Assembly: GCA_043824255.1 (NCBI GenBank)
Contig: JBDRTG010000047.1
Location: 64,001 to 128,000 of the forward strand
Direction: 5' to 3'
Origin: a bacterium
Lineage (GTDB): Bacteria; JAHJDO01
Length of the DNA: 64,000 nt
Made by a program: the position numbers and the translations under genes. This document shows positions 31,396 to 41,760 of the stretch, piece by piece. The notes under the pieces are model-generated. The model had not been told where the DNA came from. It did no database searches and saw nothing but the letters and a program-made list of their open reading frames with translations. Position 1 is the stretch's first letter; every line of letters starts with the position of its first letter.

Positions 31396-32479
31396 CCTTA
31401 AGCGTTCTACTAGTCGAGAATATGCCTTTTGTCCTTAATCTGAATTCTGCCTGGCTATCTGATGCAGAAAGCGCATCTTCATATGATATTAATCTATCCT
31501 TGTAAAACGTTTCCAAACACTGATTAAATGTCTGCATACCAAAATCCTTACTGTTTTTTATTGTGTCATAGATTTTTCCTGTTTGTCCTTCCAGCACGAG
31601 TTTTCTGATAGTAGGACTTGCAAGCATTATTTCCAAAGCTGGTATTCTTCCCTCTCCAGAAGCTAATGGCAAAAGCCGCATAGATATAACTCCTTTAAGT
31701 ATAAATGAAAGCTGCATTCTAATCTGGCGGTGCTGATGTGGAGGAAAGAAATTTATAATCCTTTCCACTGTCTGAATTGTGTCAATAGTATGAAGTGTGC
31801 TTAAAACAAGATGTCCTGTCTCAGCAGCCATTATTGCAGTTTCCACAGTTTCAGTGTCCCTCATTTCACCTATTAATATGACATCAGGACTCTGCCTGAC
31901 AACATATCTCAGGGCGCTCTTAAAACCTTTTGTATCAATACCTACTTCACGTTGCTCAATTATGCTCTTATTATCCTCATGAATAAACTCTATAGGATCC
32001 TCAATTGTTATAATATGGGCTCTTCTATTAGCACTCATATACTCAATCATTGCTGCAAGTGTGGTTGATTTCCCGCTACCGGCATTACCTGTAACAAGGA
32101 TCAACCCACGTTTTTCCATTGATAGTTTTTGCATGATGTCGACAGGCAAATTTAACTCCTTAAAACCCAGAATCTCTGTTTTTAATGAACGGATCACAAT
32201 ACCCGTATATCCTCTTTGACTAAATATATTAACTCTAAATCTTCCTAATTCAGGCACAGTATAACTAGTATCTATCTCATCCTTCTCAGCAATACTTGCC
32301 CTTTTTTGACTTGCAAGAATGATATTGGCAGCTTCATCCATGTCTTTAGATGAAATAGACTCCTTTCCAACAGGCTGAAGTTCTCCATTAACTCTTATAT
32401 ATGGAGCATTCCCTACCTTAAAATAAAGGTCAGAAGCTTTCTTATTCACCATAATCTTAAGAAACTTGTTAATGTCCAT
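31385..32479 (-). CDS. PilT/PilU family retraction ATPase (PilU-like)
   Basis: ASDLY, GNAGSGKSTT, EDPIE, AAETGH; the AIRNLIRE motif has diverged to TIRKLVLE. Confidence 0.88.
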   Translation of the reverse strand: MDINKFLKIMVNKKASDLYFKVGNAPYIRVNGELQPVGKESISSKDMDEAANIILASQKRASIAEKDEIDTSYTVPELGRFRVNIFSQRGYTGIVIRSLKTEILGFKELNLPVDIMQKLSMEKRGLILVTGNAGSGKSTTLAAMIEYMSANRRAHIITIEDPIEFIHEDNKSIIEQREVGIDTKGFKSALRYVVRQSPDVILIGEMRDTETVETAIMAAETGHLVLSTLHTIDTIQTVERIINFFPPHQHRQIRMQLSFILKGVISMRLLPLASGEGRIPALEIMLASPTIRKLVLEGQTGKIYDTIKNSKDFGMQTFNQCLETFYKDRLISYEDALSASDSQAEFRLRTKGIFSTSRTLKDSP

Positions 32480-32498
32480 AGTTGTTTCGGGTCGGATT

Positions 32499-33866
32499 TT
32501 ATCCGACCCCTACATTTATTCTATATTTTTTCAATTTATATTGCAGGTTTTGTCTGGAGACTTTCAACTTTTTCGCTGTTTGATACTGGTTCTCTGCGCA
32601 TTCTTTGAACGCTTTGAGTATTATATTTCTTTCTGTTTGTTCAACAGTGTTTTTTAATCCTTCTACAATAAGATGCTCTTCGTCTGTTTCCTGCTCTCGC
32701 AGTTTATCAGGAAGACTTTCTATGGAAACTGTATCTCCCTCTTCGAGAATAACAGCTCTTTCTATTACATTTTCCAGTTCTCTTATGTTTCCAGGCCAAT
32801 TATATTTCATTAAGATCTGCACAACTTCTGGTAATATCTTTTTGCTTTTACTACCAGCTTTCCGGGCATATTTTTTTAAGAAGTGGTTTACTAGCAAAGG
32901 AATATCATCTCTTCTTTCCCGTAGCGTAGGTAGTACTATTGGAATAACACTCAGCCTGTAAAACAAGTCTTCTCTAAATTTACCATCCTTTATCTGTTGT
33001 TCTAAATCTGTATTAGTAGCTGCTATTACCCTTACATCCACTTTAATACTTTTGTTTCCTCCAACCCGCTTTATTTCGTGTTCCTGCAAAACTCTCAGAA
33101 GCTTTGTCTGTATCTGTGGAGAAGCCACTCCAACTTCATCAAGAAAAATCGTTCCTCCGTCTGCTGCCTCAAATAATCCCTTTTTATGTTCTATAGCTCC
33201 TGTAAATGCTCCCTTTACATGTCCGAAGAGTTCAGACTCAAGCAATGTTTCAGTTAATGCTCCGCAATCAATTGATATAAAAGGCTCGTTTTTTCTAGGG
33301 CTGTTATAATGTATTGCCCTGGCAAAAAGCTCTTTCCCAGCGCCAGTTTCTCCATAGAGAAGAACCGTTGCATCTGTGTGCGAGATTTTTCTCACCTTAT
33401 CAAAAACATCTCTAATAGGAAGGCTGTTGCCTATTATATTTTTAAAACCATATTCAGACTTTAACTGTTTTCTTAGATTTATATTTTCATCAAGCAATTT
33501 CCTCTGCTGAAGAGCTTTTCCAATAACAACCCTGATCCTTTCTATCTTAAATGGCTTTGCAATATAATCAAAAGCGCCTAGTTTCATCGCTTCAATCGCT
33601 GTATCTACTGAAGCATACGCAGTAATCATCAGAACAACAGCGCTAGTGTCATAACTTCTTATAGATTTCAATACATCTATACCACTAACTTCCGGCATTT
33701 TTATATCAATGATTACAAGGTCAAAATGAGTATTTTTAAACATGTTTATGCCTTCTTGCCCCATGTCTGAAGTAGCAACACTAAAACCGTCTTTTGTAAG
33801 CATTATTGAAAGAAACTCAAGCATGCTCTTCTCATCGTCAATTATAAGTATTTTATTCTTAGGCAT
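32499..33866 (-). CDS. pilR: Sigma54-dependent response regulator (PilR-like)
   Basis: Receiver domain, GETGAGKE, ESELFGHVKGAFTGA, WPGNIREL, Fis-type HTH; located in the pilus locus. Confidence 0.85.
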   Translation of the reverse strand: MPKNKILIIDDEKSMLEFLSIMLTKDGFSVATSDMGQEGINMFKNTHFDLVIIDIKMPEVSGIDVLKSIRSYDTSAVVLMITAYASVDTAIEAMKLGAFDYIAKPFKIERIRVVIGKALQQRKLLDENINLRKQLKSEYGFKNIIGNSLPIRDVFDKVRKISHTDATVLLYGETGAGKELFARAIHYNSPRKNEPFISIDCGALTETLLESELFGHVKGAFTGAIEHKKGLFEAADGGTIFLDEVGVASPQIQTKLLRVLQEHEIKRVGGNKSIKVDVRVIAATNTDLEQQIKDGKFREDLFYRLSVIPIVLPTLRERRDDIPLLVNHFLKKYARKAGSKSKKILPEVVQILMKYNWPGNIRELENVIERAVILEEGDTVSIESLPDKLREQETDEEHLIVEGLKNTVEQTERNIILKAFKECAENQYQTAKKLKVSRQNLQYKLKKYRINVGVG

Positions 33867-35457
33867 TGTCGCTCTTCTCAGCGGCAGGAAGTTTAACTAT
33901 AAAACTACTCCCTTTCCCTTTTTTGCTAATAACCTCTATTTGTCCGTTATGAGCGTCTATTATTTCCCTGACAATACTTAACCCCAGACCTGTTCCCTTC
34001 TCACTTGTTGTTGAAAATGGGTCAAAAAGACTTTTCTTCTCATCAGCAGACAATCCTTTGCCAGTATCAGTAAATCTAACCTCTATCATTTCATCTCTCG
34101 TATCTGCCTCTATTACGAGAGTTCCACCTTCAGGCATTGCCTGGATTGCATTAAGACATAGATTCAAAAACATCTGTTCTATTTGTTCTGCATCTACAAG
34201 AGAAAATAGCTTATTGCTATTTACATTATATTCTATATTGATTTCCGGATTAACATCACTCCGACTTCTTAGCAAAACCAAAACATTTTTAATTATTGCA
34301 TGTATGTTGCATCTTTTTAACTTGGGCTTTGCTGGTTTTGACAGATTAAGAAAACCTGTAACTCTTTCATTGATCTTATCAGATTCACGGATAATTAGTT
34401 CCAGTAATTTTCTGCTGCTATGACTAATTTTATCATCTTCCTTCAGCATCTCAGCAGAACCTCTCAAGGAAGCGAGAGGATTCCTGACTTCGTGCGCTAT
34501 TTTTGCTGACATCTTTCCCATAAGAGCTAATCTGTCATTCTGGCTTAATTTGCGTTCTAGTTCTTTGATTGCGCCTAAATCTCTAAAAATAAATATTATC
34601 CCTTCAAGCTCTCCATCATCAGTTTTTAATGACGAAACGCTGAAACCGATTAACAGCAGATCGCCATTTTTTCTCTGAATGTTGGCTCCAAACTGTAAGA
34701 AAGAATGTCTCTCTAAATCAAAATTCTTCTTGATATAATTCTCTATCTTAATCCTGTTGTCAGGAAACAGCGCTTTCCAGGCAGTTCCCACAGCTTCTTC
34801 CCTTTGATATCCGAGGATGTCTGAGGCAGCTTGGTTAAAATATGATATCATTCCGTTGGAGTCAACGGTCATGAGCCCGCTAGCCATGTTTTGCAATATG
34901 TTGTCTGTAAAGTTCTGTAATTCTCTCAGCTGTTTGGTCCTGTGCTTAAGGGTTTTTGCCAGTGTCCCGCTTAGTATTGATACGAGGTAAAATATTATTG
35001 CCCGAAAACAGGTAACGTATATAACCACGCTTTTAGGCAAAAATTCAGGATTATACTGCAGAATAATAATTGCAAAATAAGTTATTACTGCAAACGAAGT
35101 TAACACTAATCCCTCTCCAAGAGGAATTAACAAACTGCCTGCAATTATAGAAATAACATATAAAAATGTAAAGATACTGTCTATTCCGCCGGAGTAGTAG
35201 ACCAATATACCAATCCATATCATATCTGCAATAATTTGAACACGTATTAGGGTATCTAAGTACGTCCTTTTTATTAAAAGAATGCTGTATGCTATGGTCA
35301 AAAGAAACATTACAGATATTAACCAGTAAAAGTGGATATTCTCTGCCCTGAACACAAAAGTTCCTATACCAAGCATAGCTGTTACTATGAGAAGTCTTGC
35401 GATCATTAATGCTTTAAGCCGGGAGACTTTTTCCTGAATGGATTCAGTGAGTTGCAT
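33859..35457 (-). CDS. pilS: Membrane PAS histidine kinase (PilS-like)
   Basis: Multi-TM N-terminus with YSGGIDSIF, PAS domain, AHEVRNPL, N/G1/F/G2 boxes. Confidence 0.85.
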   Translation of the reverse strand: MQLTESIQEKVSRLKALMIARLLIVTAMLGIGTFVFRAENIHFYWLISVMFLLTIAYSILLIKRTYLDTLIRVQIIADMIWIGILVYYSGGIDSIFTFLYVISIIAGSLLIPLGEGLVLTSFAVITYFAIIILQYNPEFLPKSVVIYVTCFRAIIFYLVSILSGTLAKTLKHRTKQLRELQNFTDNILQNMASGLMTVDSNGMISYFNQAASDILGYQREEAVGTAWKALFPDNRIKIENYIKKNFDLERHSFLQFGANIQRKNGDLLLIGFSVSSLKTDDGELEGIIFIFRDLGAIKELERKLSQNDRLALMGKMSAKIAHEVRNPLASLRGSAEMLKEDDKISHSSRKLLELIIRESDKINERVTGFLNLSKPAKPKLKRCNIHAIIKNVLVLLRSRSDVNPEINIEYNVNSNKLFSLVDAEQIEQMFLNLCLNAIQAMPEGGTLVIEADTRDEMIEVRFTDTGKGLSADEKKSLFDPFSTTSEKGTGLGLSIVREIIDAHNGQIEVISKKGKGSSFIVKLPAAEKSDNA

Positions 35458-35461
35458 CTTT

Positions 35462-36673
35462 TTAGAAACCCTCTGTTACCAGAGTACTCATCTTGAGTAT
35501 TGGCAGGAACATGGCAATAACAATACCACCTATTATTATGCCCAAAAAACAGATTAAAACAGGTTCTATCACTGAGGTTAATCCGTCTACTGCAGCATCA
35601 ACTTCGGATTCGTAAAAATCAGCGATCTTTGTCAACATATCCTCCAGAGCGCCTGTTGCTTCACCAACCGATATCATTCTGACAACCATTGTTGGGAAAA
35701 AGTTACTTTTACTAAGCGGCTCTGCAATGCTTTTCCCCTCTTTTACACCTATTCCAACACTGCTAAGAGTTTTCTCCAAAACCTTATTCCCTGAAGTAGC
35801 TCCCACTATTTCAAGCGCCTTAAGAATAGGAACACTGCTCTTTATCAGTGTACACAGCGTTCTTGCAAACTTTGCCAGAGCTACCTTTTTCATAAGGCTA
35901 CCAAAAATAATTATACGAAGTTTCAATCCGTCAAACTGAAGTCTTCCTTTTTCAGTCCGCACATATTTACGTAATAAGAAGAAAGCAACAGCTAAGATTC
36001 CTGCTACAATCAGAAAATAATCTTTGAGAATCTCGCTCGTTCCTATAAGTACTCTTGTCGGAAGAGGAAGAGTTCCGCCAAAAGCATCAAAAATATTTTT
36101 AAACGTTGGAACTACTTTCAATATTAAAACCATAACTATAAGGATAGACATACCCGTAACCACCGCTGGGTACACAAGAGCAGATTTTACCTTTCTGGCA
36201 AGTTTGGCGGAATTCTCAAGATATGTTGCAAGACGGTTAAGGATTTCATCCAATGTCCCGCTTTCTTCCCCTGCCCTTACCATGCTGACATAAAATTCCG
36301 AGAACACTTTTTGCTGTTTTAAGAGAGCCTGAGAAAAACTTTCCCCTCCCTCCACATCATCTTCCAGTTTTCTAACAAGTGTTTTTAAAGAAGGATTTTC
36401 CATTTGCTCAGCAAGTGTATCCAGCCCCTGAACCAGAGGCAATCCTGCATTAACCATTGTAGCCAACTGTCTGCTAAAGAGAATTAAATCATTGGACTTT
36501 ACTTTAGTGCTTTTCTTAAATATAGATGCTCTTTTTTTTTGTTCAGTTATAGAGACTATTGTTAATTGGTTAGCCCTGAGAGTGCTAACGAGATTTTTTT
36601 CGCTTTCAGCAGAATGAAGAGCTTCTATTCTCTTTCCATCTTTATCAATCGCAATATACTTATATGTCGGCAT
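35462..36673 (-). CDS. pilC: Type IV pilus platform protein PilC
   Basis: MPTYKY, FSRQLATM, GEESGTL, SALVYP, VGEATG, IEP. Confidence 0.95.
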   Translation of the reverse strand: MPTYKYIAIDKDGKRIEALHSAESEKNLVSTLRANQLTIVSITEQKKRASIFKKSTKVKSNDLILFSRQLATMVNAGLPLVQGLDTLAEQMENPSLKTLVRKLEDDVEGGESFSQALLKQQKVFSEFYVSMVRAGEESGTLDEILNRLATYLENSAKLARKVKSALVYPAVVTGMSILIVMVLILKVVPTFKNIFDAFGGTLPLPTRVLIGTSEILKDYFLIVAGILAVAFFLLRKYVRTEKGRLQFDGLKLRIIIFGSLMKKVALAKFARTLCTLIKSSVPILKALEIVGATSGNKVLEKTLSSVGIGVKEGKSIAEPLSKSNFFPTMVVRMISVGEATGALEDMLTKIADFYESEVDAAVDGLTSVIEPVLICFLGIIIGGIVIAMFLPILKMSTLVTEGF

Positions 36674-36730
36674 AAAAAACTCAAAGTGTAAAAATTAAAA
36701 CTCAAAACTACTTAATGACAGTTTTATTTA

Positions 36731-38437
36731 TTACTCAGACGTTACGCGCAAAACTTCTTCTATGGTAGTCGTGCCCTTTTTAATTAGATCTATACCGCTT
36801 TCCTGCAATGTTCTCATTCCGCCTTTTACAGCAGCTTCCTTAATCTCACCTGAAGTGGCCTTGTTCATAATTAGTTGCTTGATCTCATCATCTATCTTTA
36901 GTATTTCAACAACAGCAACTCTGCCTTTGTATCCAGTGTCATTACAAAGCTCGCAGCCCTTTCCTTTATATATTGTTAAATCTGATATTTTGGAAATTGG
37001 CTGTTGCAGAACATGGGCAAAATTCTCTTTTGCCTTTTCCTGCAGATCAATTTTTTCTTTGCAGTTTTCGCATATTTTTCGCATGAGTCTCTGCGCAGCC
37101 ACCATTATTACGGAAGATGAGAGAAGAAACGGCTCAATCCCCATATCTATCAACCTTGTAATTGCTCCGGGAGCATCATTGGTGTGCAAAGTGCTGAAGA
37201 CCAAATGACCTGTCAGAGCGGATTTTATCGCAATATCAGCAGTTTCAAAATCCCTTATCTCTCCAACCATTATAATATCAGGATCCTGCCTTAATATAGA
37301 TCGTAAGCCGCCGGCAAATGTCAGACCTATATCTGAGTGAGCTTGCACCTGATTGATTCCCTTTAGCTGATATTCTACAGGATCCTCAACTGTAATAATA
37401 TTCTTAGTTGGTGTATTTATTTTGCTTAACGCAGAATAAAGCGTTGTGGTTTTACCACTACCTGTCGGTCCGGTTAGAAGGATCATTCCATGCGGTCTGG
37501 AAATAGATTCTGTAAATATTTCCAGCTCTTTTTCTCCAAATCCTAATTTCTCCAGATTCAGTGTTAAACTGCTCTTATCCAGAATACGCAATACCACCTT
37601 TTCCCCAAAAATTATTGGCAGAATTGATACGCGAAAGTCTATTTCCTTATTATTCAATACAATCCTCATACGACCATCCTGCGGAAGCCTTCGCTCTGCT
37701 ATATCCAGATTGGACATAATCTTTATTCTGGAGATTAGCGCAGCCTGAAGTTTTTTAGGTGGAGACAACCTCTCGTAAAGAACACCGTCAATGCGATAGC
37801 GGATGCGCAATGCCTTATCCTCCGGTTCAATATGAATATCGCTTGCTTTCTCCTTAATTGCCTGAGCGAGAATAAAATTAACCATTTTTACAACTGGAGC
37901 TTCCTCAGTTTCCCTTAAGAGTTTTTCTAAATCTAGTTCTTCCCTTTTCTCAGCAGGTTCCTTAATATCAATGTCCCTTAAAATCTCTTTCATATCAAAA
38001 GATACTTCATAATACTGGTCAATAGCATTGAGAATATCCTTTTCTGTGGCTATTACAGGATCTATCTCGTATCCGGTAGTGCTTTTTAAATCGTCTGTAG
38101 CAAACACATTAAGAGGATCCAGCATGGCAATCGTAAGGGTTTTTCCTATCTTAGAGATTGGAATAATGGAATACTTTTTGGCAATTGTCTTCGGTATTGT
38201 TTCTATAACCTCTTTTGAAATTTTAAATTTTGAAAGATTTATCGGAGGGATATTTAGTTGCTCGCTTAAGCACGCCATAAGGGTCTTCTCAGTAGCAAAG
38301 CCTTTTTTATAAATAATCCGGCTTAAACTGCCCCCTTTTTCCCTTTGCTCTTGGAGTGCCTCTTTTAACTGTTCCTCTGTAATTATTCCTCCATCAAGCA
38401 GAATTCTTGACAGGGTGTCCTTTAAAGACATAATCAT
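36731..38437 (-). CDS. pilB: Type IV pilus assembly ATPase PilB
   Basis: ASDIHIEP, RLPQDGR, GPTGSGKTTT, LRQDPD, tetracysteine CENC/CELC. Confidence 0.95.
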   Translation of the reverse strand: MIMSLKDTLSRILLDGGIITEEQLKEALQEQREKGGSLSRIIYKKGFATEKTLMACLSEQLNIPPINLSKFKISKEVIETIPKTIAKKYSIIPISKIGKTLTIAMLDPLNVFATDDLKSTTGYEIDPVIATEKDILNAIDQYYEVSFDMKEILRDIDIKEPAEKREELDLEKLLRETEEAPVVKMVNFILAQAIKEKASDIHIEPEDKALRIRYRIDGVLYERLSPPKKLQAALISRIKIMSNLDIAERRLPQDGRMRIVLNNKEIDFRVSILPIIFGEKVVLRILDKSSLTLNLEKLGFGEKELEIFTESISRPHGMILLTGPTGSGKTTTLYSALSKINTPTKNIITVEDPVEYQLKGINQVQAHSDIGLTFAGGLRSILRQDPDIIMVGEIRDFETADIAIKSALTGHLVFSTLHTNDAPGAITRLIDMGIEPFLLSSSVIMVAAQRLMRKICENCKEKIDLQEKAKENFAHVLQQPISKISDLTIYKGKGCELCNDTGYKGRVAVVEILKIDDEIKQLIMNKATSGEIKEAAVKGGMRTLQESGIDLIKKGTTTIEEVLRVTSE

Positions 38438-38967
38438 AATTTTTCTTTATTTTCCTTTTCTCTCACTAACTGCTTAAAGTCAACATCTGTCATATATTCT
38501 TCTGTGGTTCTGGTGATTTTCTTACGCTTCCCTGGGCCAAAATAACGAGTAATAATATCTTCAATATCCTCTCCCCCACTGACAAAGATTCTCACACTGG
38601 AGTTAGTGGCAATCTTTACATCCTCAATTGCAGCATCGTTTAGCGGGTCAGCCATGGCTAATACTATGATATTATCCATTTTATCTATAGGAATTAGGTG
38701 ATAATGCCTTATGATTGATTCCGGAATTAACTTGAGTATATCCTGATCAATCTCATAGTTTTTCAAAGGGAGATATGGGAATCCAAACTGAGAAGTAAGG
38801 GCGTTAACCACCTGTTCCTCAGTCGCAGATCCCAGGCTGACTAAAATCTGACCCAGAAAACCACCCTTTAGCTCCTGAATTTTCAATGCTTCATCCAGTT
38901 GTCGTTCCGTAATAACATCTCTCTCTATAAGTATCTTTCCGAGTCGTTTTCTAATAGTTCTTGACAT
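38434..38967 (-). CDS. Stand-alone MshEN / T2SSE N-terminal domain protein
   Basis: RKRLGKILIERDVITERQLDEALKIQ...FLGQILVSLG...ALTSQ, LIP, LAMADP; no ATPase domain. Confidence 0.85.
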   Translation of the reverse strand: MSRTIRKRLGKILIERDVITERQLDEALKIQELKGGFLGQILVSLGSATEEQVVNALTSQFGFPYLPLKNYEIDQDILKLIPESIIRHYHLIPIDKMDNIIVLAMADPLNDAAIEDVKIATNSSVRIFVSGGEDIEDIITRYFGPGKRKKITRTTEEYMTDVDFKQLVREKENKEKL

Positions 38968-38971
38968 AGTA

Positions 38972-39895
38972 TTATCCCGGAAACATAATCACTTTGTTCC
39001 CTTTTCCTTTCTTAGCCTGTTCCATTGCGCGATATAATTTATTATTTAATTCTTCTGCAACGTCGCCATCAATGGGGTTGGCAACTATACCTGCGCTTAC
39101 AGTAATCTTTGTATCTTTTATTACACTTTTTGCATCTGGGATAGATTCATTGGCAACCGCTTTTCTTACTTTTTCAGCAAGAGCATAAGCTTCCTTTTTA
39201 TTGATCTCAGGGAGAATAATGCAGAATATGGTATCCTTGCAACGAGCTACCTTGTCAATATCTCTTGCATTCTCCTTCAGGATACCTGCAATCTTCTTTA
39301 TAACCTTATTCTTAATATTTCCGCCAAGTTTTTTCAAATATACATCCAGATTGTCAACATCAAACCCAATTATAGAACATGGACGCTCATACATAGCTGC
39401 CCGTTTCAACTCTTCGTTCAAATATTCTTCGTAATATTTCAAGTTATATAAGCCCGTTAATTTGTCTGTAATGGTTAAGGAATTGGTTTTTTCAAGCAAT
39501 CTATTGATTTCATAGCTGAGACCGCTTATTTTTGCCTCAGTTTGATAAAGATCAGACATATCCCCTCTAAGCTTTTTTGTAATTTTATCCAATGAGACGC
39601 TTAATTCGTCCATTCCCACTTCTTTTAATTCCGGATCATCTGCTATTTTAGCTTTTGCCATCATCTTCACTATATTTGTATTAATTTTTTTAATCAGAAA
39701 CATTAAGAACGCTATAACACCAAGCAGAATAGCTATGCTGACATAAAGCACAACCTGATCCCATGATAATGCGTATGTGCCTAAAAAAACAAATGCTCCT
39801 ATCAATATCAGCATAATAATTACAAGAGCAATGTTTATAAAAATATTACGATGGGCATGTGCCTTTGTTATCGACATATCTTCGCTTCTCTTCAT
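38972..39895 (-). CDS. Two-TM protein with a degenerate GGDEF domain and an intact RxxD I-site
   Basis: TDKLTGLYN, FDVD, RDID-KVARC-KDTIF (KDTIF in place of GGDEF), ITVSAGI, AKKGKGNK. Confidence 0.85.
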   Translation of the reverse strand: MKRSEDMSITKAHAHRNIFINIALVIIMLILIGAFVFLGTYALSWDQVVLYVSIAILLGVIAFLMFLIKKINTNIVKMMAKAKIADDPELKEVGMDELSVSLDKITKKLRGDMSDLYQTEAKISGLSYEINRLLEKTNSLTITDKLTGLYNLKYYEEYLNEELKRAAMYERPCSIIGFDVDNLDVYLKKLGGNIKNKVIKKIAGILKENARDIDKVARCKDTIFCIILPEINKKEAYALAEKVRKAVANESIPDAKSVIKDTKITVSAGIVANPIDGDVAEELNNKLYRAMEQAKKGKGNKVIMFPG

Positions 39896-39910
39896 AGTGA
39901 TAGCTCCTTA

Positions 39911-41308
39911 TTATCTTGATATTTTATCAATATTCAGATTTATATCAGTCCCTTTCCATATTTTTGTCGGTAGTTTTTTATCAGGATTTGTTTTTCCCCA
40001 GGTTTCATCCATTTGCTTAACCCTTGCTTTTTCCTCTTCAGTCAATTCAGTCTCCTCTGTTACAATAGTAGGAGTGATCAGAACAATTAATTCCATTCTT
40101 GTCTTAGTGGTGGTGTTCTTTTTGAAAAGATATCCAAGTAATGGAATATCTCCGAGTATGGGTACCTTATACACAGTAACGGTGTTATAATTTCGCCTGA
40201 GCCCGCCAACTATAACCATACGGCCATCCTTGGTCAATAGATTCGTCTCTAATGAGCGAGAGTCTATTATGGGTTCGGAACTATATTCACCTACTGAAAA
40301 ACTATGTTTTGGCTTAACAAGCATGGAGACAAACCCGTCACTTGTTATGTGGGGCTTTACAGTAAGATATGTTCCCACCTCTTTAAAGTCAATTGTTGTC
40401 ATCACTGTTCCATCGGGATTAGTTGTAATTTTTGTATATGGAATACTCTCTGTTATTTCTATATTCGCTTCCTGATTATCAAGAACTAAGAGCCTGGGTC
40501 GGGCAAGTATTTCCACATCTGCGTTATATCTTAACCATTGAAGAGTCGCTTCAATATCCCACAGACCGACACCGAAGCCGGTAATGGCATGCTGGAGACC
40601 TGTAGTCAGAGACTGCCCAAACATGCCCTCAGTCACTGCTGTTCCGAGTTTCGCTGTCCCAGTTTTTGTAAAATTCCAGTCAATACCGTACTTGGTCTGT
40701 CCTGTTATTTTTACATCTACAATAGCTGCTTCAATAAGAACCTGAGGAGTTTTAACATCCAGTCTCTGCGCAATTTCTGCTATTTGGTCAATATTCTCCT
40801 GAATATCAGTAACTATCAGGGTATTTGTGCGTGAATCGCTCTCAATTTTCCCTCTTGATGAAAGCATTTTTGTAACTGATTTCTGGAGCTTTTCAACGTC
40901 TGCAAAATTTAGAGAGAAAATTCTTGTTACTAACTCTGCCTCTGCCTTTGTAGTCTCCTTAATGGCAAGCTGTTCCCCCTTTATTTTTTTCATCTTCTCT
41001 GCAGTCATAACCTTTATCAAATTTCCCTCTCGCTCGTAAGCATACCCGCTGACATCAAGAATTGTCTGTAACGCTTGTTCCCAACCTACATTTTGAAGAA
41101 GAAGCGAAACTGTTCCTCTCACTTCTTCTCCGGCAACTATATTGACGTTACCCTTATGGGAAAGCATTCTTATAACATTGCGTATATCAGCGTCTTTAAG
41201 GTCTAATGTGATCTTTTCGCCTTCCAGCTGATTACCCGCATATGAGACAGAACTAAAAACCAGACCAACACACATTGCAAGTACTAGAAAAACATGTAAT
41301 TTCCTCAT
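39911..41308 (-). CDS. pilQ: Type IV pilus secretin PilQ
   Basis: Signal peptide, LDLKDADIRNV, DSRTNTLIVTD, QVLIEA, VPILGDIPLLGYLFK, ITPTIV. Confidence 0.93.
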   Translation of the reverse strand: MRKLHVFLVLAMCVGLVFSSVSYAGNQLEGEKITLDLKDADIRNVIRMLSHKGNVNIVAGEEVRGTVSLLLQNVGWEQALQTILDVSGYAYEREGNLIKVMTAEKMKKIKGEQLAIKETTKAEAELVTRIFSLNFADVEKLQKSVTKMLSSRGKIESDSRTNTLIVTDIQENIDQIAEIAQRLDVKTPQVLIEAAIVDVKITGQTKYGIDWNFTKTGTAKLGTAVTEGMFGQSLTTGLQHAITGFGVGLWDIEATLQWLRYNADVEILARPRLLVLDNQEANIEITESIPYTKITTNPDGTVMTTIDFKEVGTYLTVKPHITSDGFVSMLVKPKHSFSVGEYSSEPIIDSRSLETNLLTKDGRMVIVGGLRRNYNTVTVYKVPILGDIPLLGYLFKKNTTTKTRMELIVLITPTIVTEETELTEEEKARVKQMDETWGKTNPDKKLPTKIWKGTDINLNIDKISR

Positions 41309-41760
41309 AATTTATCTCCACTCATTTTTACACTATATTCCTTATTCATATATCTGATCACTATTTCTTCTCTGGTTATTGATACAATTTTGCAGTTGCT
41401 GATACTATCTCCTATCGCGACAATCTTATCGTTTATAATAGCAAGGGGCTTGATCTCATCAAACAGAACCCCCTCTATTTTCATCTCGGGCAATTTTGAA
41501 CTTATAAAACTCCAGCCAGTCGGGGCCATAACGGTCTTATTCTCTGATATAAGAGGGATAAATGGGTCTCTTCTTCCATGAGTGTTATACACAAAAACAG
41601 GTTCTCTATTCTTAGGTTCTGAGATTTTTTTTGTTGAAATATTAACCTTCTTTTGTGTTGATAAACTCGCATTATCCTGCGCAGGCTTTGAACAGCCGGA
41701 AGATAAGAGAAGGAACAAAGACACAGAGCAAAGAAAAACTCTAAACATTGTTTTGGTCAT
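41305..41760 (-). CDS. pilP: PilP-like lipoprotein
   Basis: Lipobox LSSGC, RRDPF motif, position between pilO and pilQ. Confidence 0.7.
   Translation of the reverse strand: MTKTMFRVFLCSVSLFLLLSSGCSKPAQDNASLSTQKKVNISTKKISEPKNREPVFVYNTHGRRDPFIPLISENKTVMAPTGWSFISSKLPEMKIEGVLFDEIKPLAIINDKIVAIGDSISNCKIVSITREEIVIRYMNKEYSVKMSGDKL

Noticed and set aside
38972..39895. Active diguanylate cyclase
   Set aside because: GGDEF is replaced by KDTIF and the guanine-binding residues are missing.
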